A stretch of 63,204 bases of DNA, the filler included, from Octopus bimaculoides (Eukaryota): the NCBI RefSeq assembly GCF_001194135.2. It is 6 parts of 6 records of this genome, joined end to end, with 100 filler letters (N's around TTAATTAATTAA, not from the genome) between each part and the next. Parts side by side here need not be neighbours in the genome. Positions count along the whole stretch, not along the records: positions 14,513 to 44,405 come from NC_069005.1; 5 more parts are not named here. One strand, written 5' to 3'. Of the stretch, positions 28,575 to 42,760 are shown piece after piece; within the stretch, counting starts at the first letter, position 1; every line of letters starts with the position of its first letter. Made by a program: the position numbers and the translations under genes. Below the pieces are notes generated by a model. That model saw only the letters and a program-made list of their open reading frames with translations, searched no databases and was not told the DNA's origin.

Positions 28575-28945
28575 TCATTGCACTGCGGCCATGCTGTAGC
28601 AGCACCTTGAAGTATTTCTTGCCAAATGAATTGACCCTTGTACTTATATTTTAAGGCCTTATTTGCCAAACTGTCTTATTTGCAAAACTGCTAGATGCAC
28701 AGAACTTCGTACACTAGAAATGGTTGTCAAGCGGTGTTGGAAGACACAGCAACATAGACACACAGATATATATATGTGTGTGTTTGCACGCGTGTGTTTG
28801 TGTGTACGACGGGATTGTTTCCGTTTCTATCTACCAAATCCTCCCATAAAGATTTGGTCGACTCGATTTGCCTCTCAGTAAAACTGAAACCGGGATCTTT
28901 TGATTGGGAAGCGATCTTCTTACCATAGAACCACGCCTCCAACTA
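28575..28945 (-). mobile_element. SINE family A, antisense copy
   Basis: actgcggccatgctgtagcagcacc...ggttgtcaagcgg...acgacggg...tttggtcgac...actgaaaccggg...gggaagcgatcttcttaccatagaaccacgcc. Confidence 0.75.
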
Positions 28946-30049
28946 TGCGGTTCCTTTTTTTTTTTACCTGCTTGATAGATCTGATCTAATATAAATAAAA
29001 CAGTCAAATAGAAGTAAAATAGTTCTTTTATTTTCTTATATGTAGACGAAACTATATTTAAAAAAAATGGTTTTAAAACGCTGAAATACTGTTGACCATT
29101 TACAATATATTCTTAATCCGTGCTATTATGAAAACTATGATAACAAAACTATGGAGAGACATACTATATTTTTTTCTTTTTTAACAATGAAAGACTATTA
29201 AAGTTACATAGCATTATAATCATATGATTCCGTCTGATATTAACAAGTACTTAAAATAGCACCACCGATATCATTGCGTATTATATTAAGACTACTTTAG
29301 TTATTATTAGGGCAATGTGTACAATTTATTTCTCATTATTCTATATTACGATTTACGTTCCATTTTTCCCCTATCACAGATGATGTTAAATCACTGTTCT
29401 ATTGTAATTTTTATTTGCAATGCCTCTCATTCATTGTCCTTGCGCTAATCACGATATCTTTGATATTATTATTGCTGTTATGATCGGTGATAATGTAGCT
29501 GTTAATTGCCCGAGTCTTTCTATTTTTTTCTCATTTCAAGAATTTTTGTTGTCAGCAACGTTAGAATTGTTATTGCTTTCATTAATCATTGTTGAAAAAG
29601 ATGAATTGTGAAGATTCTTCATTGATCTCAAGAATTCGGTACAACTTTCAAGAATGCAAGGTTAACACGTATGTTTTGGTTTTGGTTTAAAGAATATCAT
29701 CATGGTTTGGAAACTTTTTTTAACATAAAACAATGAATAAATCAACGCTAAATTGAAATTAAGCAAAACGTATTCGGTTAAGAACGAGGTTCAATCTTCA
29801 CCAGAATATCCAGGTTACGAAAAAAGAAAAAGGAAACGTGGGTAAACATAAATGTTATCAATGTTATAATTATTATCAGAATATTTAGTGGAAATGACAT
29901 TATATTTTGAAGTAATTGGTGTTGATTTTTAAGTCCTGGGCTCGAATTATGCCGTCATTATATTTCTTTTTCTTACCTTCGGTGTGGACAAAGTAACATT
30001 TGAGCACTGGGTCGATATAATCGACTAACTCCCTTCCCTAAGGCCATTG

Positions 30050-30110
30050 TTACTACCTCAACTGTTGCTGCTGCTGCTACAACTACGACTAGTAGTACTA
30101 CAACTACTAC

Positions 30111-30141
<31 letters not shown>

Positions 30142-30258
30142 CTTCTTCTTCTTCTTCTTCTTCTTCTTCTTCTTCTTCGTCTTCTTCTTCTTCTTCTTCT
30201 TCTTCTTCTTCTTCTTCTTCTTCTTCTTCTTCTTCTTCTTCTTCTTCTTCTTCTTCTT
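30050..30258. repeat. (CTA/CTG)n then about 48 x (TTC)
   Basis: Direct reading; one cgt interruption near 30178. A second (TTC)n run at 44293-44405 runs into a gap. Confidence 0.95.
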
Positions 30259-31182
30259 TAATGCCAATTAAATGCTGAGGTCAATGTAATCGACTAGTTT
30301 TCCAGGACAGCCCAATCGCAGAATAATTATCACGCCGATCAAAATGCTGAACGGCGTGTCCTCCGGCTTTCTGAGTTCAAATTCCGACGAAATCAACTTT
30401 AGCACTCATCCGTCCGCGGATCGATTAAATACGTGTCAGTGTGGCTCAGGGGTCGAGGTAATCGACGTGTCTCACCCCTTCTATTATGAGGCTTTGTGCG
30501 AATAGTACAAATAATAATTATTATTATTATTAATACCAATATCAGCTTACATGTATTTTCATATTGCCATTATGATCCCGTTATTGTTAAGTTTCATAAT
30601 ATTCTCAGCATTGCAAGTATTTTCATTCATGTTGTTTTTGTTGTTCTTATGGCGACTGTCATTATGACTGATATAGTCGTTTCACCATAGAGAGCATAAT
30701 TGGCGTAGAACGTCTACGTCGGCCATATTCTAAATTGGTTCAACCAGAATATTAAGAAATATTCTTCAAATTGGATTCCGGCTCTCACTTTTCCTTCCTC
30801 TTGTTTCTTGTCATAGATTCAAAATCATATATCATTCTTCAAATATTCCATTGTTATCCAGTTTTCCATTCTCCCCCCATTTCCCGTTGTTGTGAGATCA
30901 TCATCTCAGAGTCGTTCCATTTTATACATTTATTTGTATTTATATGCTCCATTGTAGGTATATATAGAAATACGCAAAAACACGCACATACATGCACACA
31001 CGCACGCAGGCACATACACACACATTTATACCATACGTATCGAACAAACACATTTATCTCGGTTGCGCCTCTTTGAAAGACGCCTAGATACATAGAAAAA
31101 TATACCGTTTAGAAAAGCAGGCAACTTGAAAAGTGCATAGAAAAGGAGAGATATAATCATACGTACTCATACACACTCATAC

Positions 31183-31216
<34 letters not shown>

Positions 31217-31366
31217 ATATATATATATATATATATATANNNNNNNNNNNNNNNNNNNNNNNNNNNNNNNNNNNNNNNNNNNNNNNNNNNNNNNNNNNNN
31301 NNNNNNNNNNNNNNNNNNNNNNNNNNNNNNNNNNNNNNTATATATATGTATTCATACACACACACG

Positions 31367-31409
<43 letters not shown>

Positions 31410-32095
31410 TGCGTGTGTCTTTGAAAGCCCTCATCCATCCTATATCATTTCATATTTATGACTAAGAGTTGAAAAATAAAATACAAGCTAAACATATATA
31501 TTCCCCCTACCCATATTAAATACCGCAATCATTTCTACACACTGTCGCTCTTTCGGGCGCCTTTTTTTTCTTCTTGTTTTTGTACTTCTAACAATATTAA
31601 ACGCATAACGCTATATACATAATTATTATATTTAAGTCACTCTACTATTTTATCTTTTCATTATTTCATCTTAACGATTCTAAATCGATGCGGTTACCAT
31701 CTTTAATAACCAGCAATTTTTTTTTTTATTGTCGCTGTTGCAATATATAACGCGTATATAACGTGTATTTTGCAAATTTTCTACATACATATATACCTAT
31801 ATGTTGTTAAATATTCTCATATATATATACATATATGTATATATAGATATGAGTAAGCTTACGCAGCATATATCTATATATATATATATACATACGATAT
31901 ATATGTAGATGAATATATAAGTTTATATATCTATCTAGATTAATCGATAGAAAGACATGCAGACGGATATATAGGTACATCTGTATACAGATATACATAC
32001 GTATATATGATATATAAATTTCCTTATATACGCATACATATTTATACCATTGTATATATATATTCATTTACATGAGTGTATATACACAGACACAG

Positions 32096-32128
<33 letters not shown>

Positions 32129-32662
32129 CACTCACATATATATATAGAGAGAGAGAGTTAAATAGATGGATAAAACAGGTAAATACATACATATATTCAT
32201 ACATGCATACACATACATACATACATACATACATACATACATGAACACATACATATACAGACATGTTCCTATTTCATTGTCTTTTATAACACAATTTTGT
32301 CCATTTCGTTTTTACGTTCCTCCATTTTCTCGATCACCTCATAAATTGTTTTGTTGTTTTCTTCATTTCAGTTTTTATTTCACTTAAAGATTTCAATCGT
32401 TGCTCATTAGTAACTTTTCGACTTGACATAGACAGTACTATGCCTGTTGTAGCCAGTTCCGCGTCTAGTTTAACATTATATCATATTTTTCGCTTGCTAA
32501 CCAATTTATTCAAGGTGATTATTACTTTAATATTTTATTTTCCACCTTAAATCTTTCTGTAATTTATTTTTGCAAGTTATACAATTAGATCTGTTTTCAG
32601 CAGCTATCGAATTCTTAAATCGTAAGAAATCAAAAATATCTTAATTTTTTAAACTTCCTCCC

Positions 32663-32705
<43 letters not shown>

Positions 32706-33001
32706 TNNNNNNNNNNNNNNNNNNNNNNNNNNNNNNNNNNNNNNNNNNNNNNNNNNNNNNNNNNNNNNNNNNNNNNNNNNNNNNNNNNNNNNNNNNNNNN
32801 NNNNNNNNNNNNNNNNNNNNNNNNNNNNNNNNNNNNNNNNNNNNNNNNNNNNNNNNNNNNNNNNNNNNNNNNNNNNNNNNNNNNNNNNNNNNNNNNNNNN
32901 NNNNNNNNNNNNNNNNNNNNNNNNNNNNNNNNNNNNNNNNNNNNNNNNNNNNNNNNNNNNNNNNNNNNNNNNNNNNNNNNNNNNNNNNNNNNNNNNNNNN
33001 N

Positions 33002-33044
<43 letters not shown>

Positions 33045-33550
33045 TAGATAGATAGATATAGATATAGATATAGATATATATATAGACATGTACATAGATA
33101 CATACATACATACATACGTGTGTGTGTGTGTTCGTGTGCGTGTCTGTGTATGTAAGACTATATTTGGTTAGCCATAATGTCAGTTTTGTTGAGCGAAAAT
33201 GAAACAAAATTTAAGGCCAAAGCGATTTATTCACCATGGAGGCCCTTTTCATGCTCTTTCACAGAGCTCTCTTGTTCCCAGTTTCGCCTACAGTTTATCG
33301 AGTGGAATCATGACTATGGGGCGGATCTTTTTGCTCTGTAAATGACGAGAACTCATAGAATACAATAAATTGGCCGAGCGGTGGATCCAATAACATCCCG
33401 TTTCGATTGCCACTCCTGTTGAGGCTGCTGTTTATCTATATAACTTTTTAAAGATATTCCAATTGTTTTGTCTCATATTAAGTAACTGTGTCCCATCAAC
33501 GTGGCTTCGTGCGTATGGTACATCGTAATATATAAGCACCAAGACGGCAC

Positions 33551-33812
33551 AAGAAATAAGGTAAAGTTTCCTTCCCGAGTCATACAGACTCATAAGGGAC
33601 GATTTCTCAGTTTCGTGGCATATAAATTTCCCACCATAAGGGACGCCAGTCTGTGGTAGGTTTACTCATTTTGGCCAAGTGAGTGGGCGGGAGCAACGTG
33701 AAATGAAGTGTCTTGCTGAAGAACGCACTGTGTCGCCCGGTCCAGGAATCGTAACCACAACCTTACAATCATGAGTCCAAGACATTAACCACTAAACCAC
33801 GTGACTCCACAC
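33551..33812 (-). mobile_element. tRNA-derived SINE family F (CORE-like central segment)
   Basis: Minus strand gtggtttagtggttaatgtcttggactcatga...ggttacgattcctgg...ttcttcagcaagacacttcatttcacgttgctcc...aaaatgagtaa. A second diverged copy lies at about 55085-55312 (-). Confidence 0.7.
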
Positions 33813-33877
33813 TTAGTGAGCCCTAGATTCAATGGACTATATATGAGATTGAAAGACGTATTGCATAACCCTTTGTG

Positions 33878-34260
33878 TTCTAGGTACAAGGCCTGAAATT
33901 TGGGAGAGGGGGATATTCGCATATATCGACCTCAGTACTCAACTGGTACTTAATTTAGCGATCCGAAAAAAAATTAAAATTGATGTTGACCTCCGCGGAA
34001 TTTGAACTTAGAACTCAGCGGCAGACAAGATACCGCAAAGCATTTCGCGCTGCATGCCAACGATTCTGCCAGCTCGCCGCCTTATACATTTCTACTCTAT
34101 GCACAAGGTCTTGAACATTTTGGTGGGGTGGCTAGTCGATTAAATCGACTCCAGTACATAATAGGTACTTATTTCATCGACCCTCCCAAAGAATGAAAAG
34201 CAAAGTTGAGCACGGCGTATTATGTAATACGCCTTCCAAAGACGTATTACATAATACAGC
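33878..34260 (-). mobile_element. Two antisense SINE family C copies (one full, one 3' half)
   Basis: Full copy 33878-34083 ends gccaacgattctgccagctcgccgcc; the second (34090-34260) contains tagtcgattaaatcgact and ttcatcgaccc..gaatgaaaagcaaagttga. Confidence 0.8.
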
Positions 34261-35066
34261 CCCATAGATGCCGGGTCATAATTACAGAATCAAAATCTAT
34301 TCGGTCAGAGCTGATCTGAACGTCTGGTCACACTGACAGCAATAGCTTTCAATTCTTCTGTTAGTTCTGATTCTTATTGTATGAAACAAATCATCCGTCC
34401 ATAATGTGCTGATTAATGTACAATGTGCGTTTTCACCTCACAATAAAACAATCTCTCTCTCTCTCACTCTCTCTTTTTCTTTCTCTGTCTTTAGCCATTG
34501 ACATAAACACAGAAACATATACCCTGTATGGGTGTGTAATTCCATGTATGTATTGATCGCTATGTAATACGACCTTCATTGTTTCGAATAGCTTGCTATC
34601 AGTATATCATCCTCCCTTGGCTCAAGGCAGCTACATTTTCCTACCAACAACAAACAATCTCTTACATATTTCAAGAATTACGGACGTTGTCATATCTCGA
34701 CTGGCAAAGGTTTAAACTTTCTAACGGAATAATAACATCTCATTTAGTTAGAACACACACGTTTACTACAAAACGCATATGGTCGTTGCTGAACATATTT
34801 CCGTACCGAAATCAATTCGTGTTTATCATAACGTATGGTTTTATGATTATGCGTGTTCGTATCACTACACACGAATTTTCGAATCCTATCAGCTGCTTTA
34901 GTTTTTTTATTATTGGACCATGTGTCGTAGTTTTGTTAAGAAACATCGTTCCCAACAACATGGTTCTGGGTTTAACCACACAGCATGGTACATCGAGAAA
35001 GTGTATTCTGTTATGGCATGGAGTCGACCAATGCCTTGTAAACGTGTTTCGTAAGGAAAATCTGAA

Positions 35067-35412
35067 GGAGGGTTCCAGTTGATCCGATCAACGGAACAGC
35101 CTGCTCGTGAAATTAATGTGCAAGTGGCTGAGCACTCCACATACACGTGTACCCTGAACACAGAGTATGACACAGAGTATGTGAATGCTGGTCCCTTTGA
35201 CATATACAGGTCCAACACAAACAGGATAAAAGAGTGAGATAAAGTTGTGGTGAAAGAGTACAACAGGATTCTCTACCACCCACTGCCAGAGCTTCGTAGA
35301 TCTTTAGGTATTTTCGCTCTATAAACACTCACAACGCCCGGTGTGGGAACCGAGGTTGCGATCCTACGACCGAGAGTCCGCTGACCTAACCACTGAGCCA
35401 TTGCGCCTCCAC
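35067..35412 (-). mobile_element. SINE family B, antisense copy
   Basis: ggttccagttgatccgatcaacggaacagcctgctcgtgaaatt...cacaacgcccgg...cgatcctacgaccgagagtccgctg...accactgagccattgcgcc. Confidence 0.88.
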
Positions 35413-35639
35413 ACACACACAAACACACACACACATACTGTTTGTTCGTCCCTTCCCGACCACATCACAACCGCCAGAATAAGTATATAAGTAGCTAGAA
35501 TATATACCACGCTGTGAGGAAGGAATATCTCCTGGTTTCGATTCTTCAACAAAAGACTTCCAGACAATGCCTCAGTATGGCTGCAAGACAGCTACAGAAA
35601 CAGGTAAAGTATAGGAGAGGTAACACACACACACACACA

Positions 35640-35684
<45 letters not shown>

Positions 35685-37096
35685 TTATGTACATATATAT
35701 ATCAAATTCTATGTATATACACACACACGCCATCAGACCCAAATATACATACATTTGGCGTGCATTCCTTACGATTAAGAATTCCACCATTCCGGCATAT
35801 GATTATGTATCTAAGGATTTTTCACCGAGTGGCTGTTCATACTCATTTACAATCATACATCCACACATCTTTCCTCATATGTGTGTGTGTGTGTGTGTGT
35901 ACGTATGTATGTATGTATGTATGTATGTATGTGTGTATGTGTGTGAGCGTGTCTGTGTGAATGTGTATTTATAAAGATTTTATACAAATATTTACCACGT
36001 CACATTCTGTTCACTGTGCAATTATCTAATGCATTCCACATTTTTTTTTTAACAATGATAATTTCGACATCGTAGTTTTTGACCCCCCGCTCTCCTCCAT
36101 CCCCGTTTCGTCGACTGTTTCTTCCTCGTGCATCTCCCTCCACCGCGCACCGATCTATACTCTCTTTCTCTCTCTACATCACAGAATATTTAATTTCTTG
36201 GAGTGATTTCTTAACCAAACAACATTGGAATGTTTTTGCATTATGTATGCATGTATTGTTTTGCGATGCATTGGGTGTGTGTTCATACATACACGTATGT
36301 ATGTATGTATGTATGTATGTATGTATGTATGTTTGTATGTATGCATGTATGCATGTACATGTTTACAAATGTGAATATCTTTATGTATATGTATATATNN
36401 NNNNNNNNNNNNNNNNNNNNNNNNNNNNNNNNNNNNNNNNNNNNNNNNNNNNNNNNNNNNNNNNNNNNNNNNNNNNNNNNNNNNNNNNNNNNNNNNNNNN
36501 NNNNNNNNNNNNNNNNNNNNNNNNNNNNNNNNNNNNNNNNNNNNNNNNNNNNNNNNNNNNNNNNNNNNNNNNNNNNNNNNNNNNNNNNNNNNNNNNNNNN
36601 NNNNNNNNNNNNNNNNNNNNNNNNNNNNNNNNNNNNNNNNNNNNNNNNNNNNNNNNNNNNNNNNNNNNNNNNNNNNNNNNNNNNNNNNNNNNNNNNNNNN
36701 NNNNNNNNNNNNNNNNNNNNNNNNNNNNNNNNNNNNNNNNNNNNNNNNNNNNNNNNNNNNNNNNNNNNNNNNNNNNNNNNNNNNNNNNNNNNNNNNNNNN
36801 NNNNNNNNNNNNNNNNNNNNNNNNNNNNNNNNNNNNNNNNNNNNNNNNNNNNNNNNNNNNNNNNNNNNNNNNNNNNNNNNNNNNNNNNNNNNNNNNNNNN
36901 NNNNNNNNNNNNNNNNNNNNNNNNNNNNNNNNNNNNNNNNNNNNNNNNNNNNNNNNNNNNNNNNNNNNNNNNNNNNNNNNNNNNNNNNNNNNNNNNNNNN
37001 NNNNNNNNNNNNNNNNNNNNNNNNNNNNNNNNNNNNNNNNNNNNNNNNNNNNNNNNNNNNNNNNNNNNNNNNNNNNNNNNNNNNNNNNNNNNNNNN

Positions 37097-37134
<38 letters not shown>

Positions 37135-38804
37135 TTATACATATACATATATATACACACATAGAGCTATAGATGTATACATATAACTATACATACATAT
37201 GTATATATGAGTGTGCGTGTCGCGCGTGTGTGTGTGTGCAGTCTACATGTATGTGCGTATGCAGAACTGCACGTGTTATACGCTGCTTTCCATGTATGTA
37301 TAGCTATGTTTGCATTCATATAAGGGAGAGTTGTGTAGACGTTAGTATTCGTTACTGCGTGGATGTGTGTGCGACCGAGTGTGCGCATGTGCCTGTGTGA
37401 CGCTGTATACGTTTAGAAGGGCTTCTACGAACGTAATTTTAGCATTTTTCCCCAATTTATCTTTCGTATTCATTTTGTTGGTTTAAGATCAAGAAAAGGA
37501 TTCTACGCTTAGCTGTTCTTGACAGTCAGGTCGAGATTGATGTTTGAGGAGAGTGAGCATTGCATTATGGGTCTTAGACGCGTACAGTGAGTTTTATTAA
37601 TAGTGTTCCATTGTACGTATACAATTCTATAGCGGAACACATACCTATTCATGGATGGAGGTGTCTGTTACTAATGAATCAATATGAACATATATAAGTA
37701 TATATATATATATATATAATGTGTGTGTTTGTGTGTGCATGAATAAACACACACACACACATAAACACACACACACACACACACATTGGCCGCTCAATCT
37801 CACACACACAAACACACATACACGTATATGTATATCAATTTAGATACAGATCCATACTTATGAGTTTATATGTAGATTAGATACATAAATACATTCAGGT
37901 AGCCATTTAGATTAACAGAAGGTAATTTGATATGCATATATATATATATATATATATATANNNNNNNNNNNNNNNNNNNNNNNNNNNNNNNNNNNNNNNN
38001 NNNNNNNNNNNNNNNNNNNNNNNNNNNNNNNNNNNNNNNNNNNNNNNNNNNNNNNNNNNNNNNNNNNNNNNNNNNNNNNNNNNNNNNNNNNNNNNNNNNN
38101 NNNNNNNNNNNNNNNNNNNNNNNNNNNNNNNNNNNNNNNNNNNNNNNNNNNNNNNNNNNNNNNNNNNNNNNNNNNNNNNNNNNNNNNNNNNNNNNNNNNN
38201 NNNNNNNNNNNNNNNNNNNNNNNNNNNNNNNNNNNNNNNNNNNNNNNNNNNNNNNNNNNNNNNNNNNNNNNNNNNNNNNNNNNNNNNNNNNNNNNNNNNN
38301 NNNNNNNNNNNNNNNNNNNNNNNNNNNNNNNNNNNNNNNNNNNNNNNNNNNNNNNNNNNNNNNNNNNNNNNNNNNNNNNNNNNNNNNNNNNNNNNNNNNN
38401 NNNNNNNNNNNNNNNNNNNNNNNNNNNNNNNNNNNNNNNNNNNNNNNNNNNNNNNNNNNNNNNNNNNNNNNNNNNNNNNNNNNNNNNNNNNNNNNNNNNN
38501 NNNNNNNNNNNNNNNNNNNNNNNNNNNNNNNNNNNNNNNNNNNNNNNNNNNNNNNNNNNNNNNNNNNNNNNNNNNNNNNNNNNNNNNNNNNNNNNNNNNN
38601 NNNNNNNNNNNNNNNNNNNNNNNNNNNNNNNNNNNNNNNNNNNNNNNNNNNNNNNNNNNNNNNNNNNNNNNNNNNNNNNNNNNNNNNNNNNNNNNNNNNN
38701 NNNNNNNNNNNNNNNNNNNNNNNNNNNNNNNNNNNNNNNNNNNNNNNNNNNNNNNNNNNNNNNNNNNNNNNNNNNNNNNNNNNNATATATATAGACAGAC
38801 AGAC

Positions 38805-38841
<37 letters not shown>

Positions 38842-40639
38842 TCTAGATAGATAGATAGATAAATACATACATACATACGTACATACATTTATCTTTTATC
38901 TGTTATCTTTTACTTTAGTCATCAGATGGCTGCCAATTTAGGGCACCGCCTTCAGGAATTTTAAGCGGAAGACATCAGTTTCAGTACACCCCCCCCACAA
39001 ACACATACACACACACGCACGCACACGCATATACTCACACACACACACATGTAACGCTGTTCACACTTACGTGCATATACATGTGTATCTACCTATCCAC
39101 ACATCCGTATCTACATATCTTCGTATACATGTGTATATTTTTATATCCGTGTATTTCTTTAACAAAATTCTTTCATTTCTTCCTCTAGATTTTTTTCCCT
39201 CTTCTTTCATTCACGCTTTCTCATCACAACCAATGCATATGTTCTCTCTTTTTCTCTCCTTGTATCTTTGTCTACCTCTCTCACTTTCCCCCAGCCTCGT
39301 CTCCTCTTACACACTTTCTCTCTTTCTCTTGATTTTCTCATTTCTTATTTTATTTCCTTTCAATATATTTCTTCATCTTTCTCTTCCAAGCCTCAGAGCT
39401 TTAAAGATATTTCTTATTTGTCTCTTATTTTATCTTCCGACATTTTTTCCTGTTTGTTTGTCGCTTTCTTTTTTTATTCCTTATATCCCTGAACATATCG
39501 AATTTACATCTATGCCAAATTAATGCATGAGCCTTAACGTTGGCTTCGGGGGAATAATGAATCCAAAAACCTTCTGCCCGATATGGTTCCGGCTTAATGG
39601 CGTTTAGACTCTATTGCTTGGAGGTACTCAGGCGCCATTGCTCCAATGAAACAAACTACTACAGCTGCTAAAAGCCTTCGGCTTGTCTAGTACAGGATGG
39701 GTTAAACTCAACAGAGATGATGTCGTCAATAGCAAGTGTTAATCGTCAGATAATGCAGACGAATTTTTAAAATCAGTTTGACATTTGAGCCGCAAATAAG
39801 GAGCGTGTTTGCTATTACGAACACGCTAATATGTATACCGACCGATGAATACACAACCACGTTGAATCTCTGGAAGCTAGAATGGTGGCCGGCATTGATC
39901 CAGAATCTGTCTAATTAATTGCATTACCTTTTTTATTTGTTCGTTTCGAACAAAGAATATTGGCCAATCTATGCAGCACCACTTTTAAATTTATGTAGTT
40001 CTTTCGACATCAATAATAGATTTTTCCCAATATCATTACAGGCGAAAACGCAACGAAAATGTTCTGGTGGAAGTCGGAGATTACCGGTGGCATCTAAACA
40101 CAGCATACGAAACGATGGTCGTCACATATACGCATATATATATATTTGTGTATATACGCTTCTCTGTGTATCACTAGTTATATATGCACGCGCGCATCTG
40201 TGCACGTTTGTGCGTGTGTGACCTTGTATTTGACGCGGATATGTCAAAGACCATCAGTCGAAGAACAAATTGATTGGCACTGTTCGAAAGCAAGGTCTTT
40301 GGACATGATGTGTTCTTCGGTGTTTGAAGATTAAAGAAGAGGGTCTGTGGTGGAGTGAGGATGGTCGAGAAGTCGGATCAAAGATAATAAAATGAGGGAG
40401 AGGTTGAGGATAAGGGATTTAGAGGTGGCAGGATGTGGTGGGGACCAGGTTAATCGGTGGATTAAGTGCAGTTTAACGGTGGTGAACCTGAACTGTACAG
40501 GGTTGAAGAGTGACACTGACGGCGATGATGATGATTATGATTATGATGATGATGAAGGCGGGAAAATGCGACAGATTTGAAGGAAAGTGAACAGAAATAG
40601 AAACGCCAAGTTATGGAATTTCACACAAAATCATAATTG

Positions 40640-41420
40640 ACAATACAACTGCACTGTTGGAACCACAGACACATCCTCCCTTCTCCATCCAATCGTCATC
40701 GCCTCTCCTTCTACTCCTCCTCCCCTCCTCCACCGTCTTCATCCCCTTTCTTCCTCCATACCCTACTTCTCGCCTCTCCCGCACCTCGTCTTCCATCTCC
40801 TTCTACTCCTCATCCTTCTCTTCGTCCCTCTCCTCCTCGTCCTCTTTCTCCTCCTTTTCCTCTTTCTTCTCTTCCTCCTCCTTCTCATCCTTCTCCTTCG
40901 TCTGACCTAAACATTTACCACCATTCTCCTACCATTTCTCGGTCTCTCACCCTCTCTCCGCTTTTCGCATTCCCTCCCACCTTTCCTTCACCGTATCACC
41001 TTTGACACTACCGCCACCGCCACCACCACCACCGCCGCCCCCGCTACTACCGTAACCAAACACAACCCCCACCAACACCATCCACGAACACCGCCATACC
41101 TTAACCACCTCCGATGTCACCTTCGCCCTCACCTTGGTCCTTTGTCTTTTATTTACCGTTTCCCACCCTGTAAATATTTAAAACGGGATTTAGGGGGAAA
41201 AGAAACGTAAAATCATTATAAACAAGTTCTATAAATTTTAGTTCGAGAAGGGAATGAGAGGGAGGAGGAGTAAAAGAAGAAGACGATGATGAAGAAGAAG
41301 CGGGAGGAGGAGAAGGAAAATAACAACAGCAAATATAATAGCAACAACGACAACATTAGCAGCCACTACAACAACGAGGAAGAGGCAAAGAGATGAGAAG
41401 GAGGAGGAGGAGGAGGAATA

Positions 41421-41474
<54 letters not shown>

Positions 41475-42035
41475 GAAGAAGAAGAAGAAGAAGAAGAAGA
41501 ATAAGAAGAAGAAGAAGAAGAAGAAGAAGATGAACAACAACAATAACAATAACAACATTAACAACTGCAACAACAACGACAACGATAAAGAGGAGAAAGA
41601 TGGGGAGGAAGAGGAAGAGAAAACAGAACAGAAGAAGAAGAGAGGGAGAAAAGAGAGAGAAGGGAAAACATAACAAAGAGGAGAAGGAAAAGAAAAAGAA
41701 AAGGAACAAGGGGAAGCAGACGAAGGAGAAAGAAAAAGAATAACAATAAAAACAGAAACCATAGGGAGGCGGAGGAGGAGGAGGAGAAGAAGAAGTAGAA
41801 ATTGGAGAAAAAGAAGAGGCAGATGGATACGAAGAAGAAAGAGGAAAGAAAAGACGAGAAAGAAGGAAGGGGAGAAGGAATAGAAGAAGCAAGAGGAAAG
41901 AAAAGACGACAAAGAAGGAAGGGGAGAAGGAATAGAAGAAGCAAGAGAAGGGGAGGAAGAAGAAGAAATAAGACGACAAAGGAGGATTAGAAGGCGGAGG
42001 AGAAAAGAAGAAGAAGAAACACCTAGAAGTAAATA
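40640..42035. repeat. Back-to-back pyrimidine-rich (40640-41110) and purine-rich (41240-42035) low-complexity blocks
   Basis: (CTT/CCT)-rich then (GAA/GGA)-rich, with (AAT)n, (AAG)n and a ~48-bp tandem duplication near 41835-41945. Confidence 0.9.
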
Positions 42036-42378
42036 ACCCCCCTTTTTTTTTCGCATTATTGTAAACACTTAATCGGATCAGCTGAGGGACACGCGTCATG
42101 CAGTGACAGTCTGCACGAAAAATATGCGTTTTTGCATCATACACACGCAGGAATTCATATGCGAAGGCGCAGGATTGCATATTTCTGTGTAGTTTTCGTG
42201 GGCGCCTGTGCGTGGGTGTGTGTGTGTGTCTGTGAGCGTGTATGTGCACGCACAACGCTGTTTAAACTGTTTCTTTTTTTAAATATACAAATATTCAGAT
42301 AAAAAATATGATTGTAACAATTGACTAAGACACATAAACCTTTCTCACACACATACACACATATGTGTGTGCATGTGT

Positions 42379-42421
<43 letters not shown>

Positions 42422-42760
42422 CACATAAACACACACACACACACACATATGTATGTACCTCTATTTATGTATACGCAGGAATATGATCGCATACACTTGG
42501 CTTCGAACATTTACGCAATTCATGCGACTGAAACGGAATTTAAAGCATTTCGTATTTTATAAAACGTTTCCTTTTGAAACAAGTAAATATTTGATTTCCT
42601 GTCGTGCATGTTTTGCTTTTGTAAGTGTCANNNNNNNNNNNNNNNNNNNNNNNNNNNNNNNNNNNNNNNNNNNNNNNNNNNNNNNNNNNNNNNNNNNNNN
42701 NNNNNNNNNNNNNNNNNNNNNNNNNNNNNNNNNNNNTATATATATATATATATATATATG

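Noticed and set aside
40035-40130. Possible upstream UNC5 exon after cattacag
   Set aside because: No frame gives Ig or TSR motifs, and there is no good donor.
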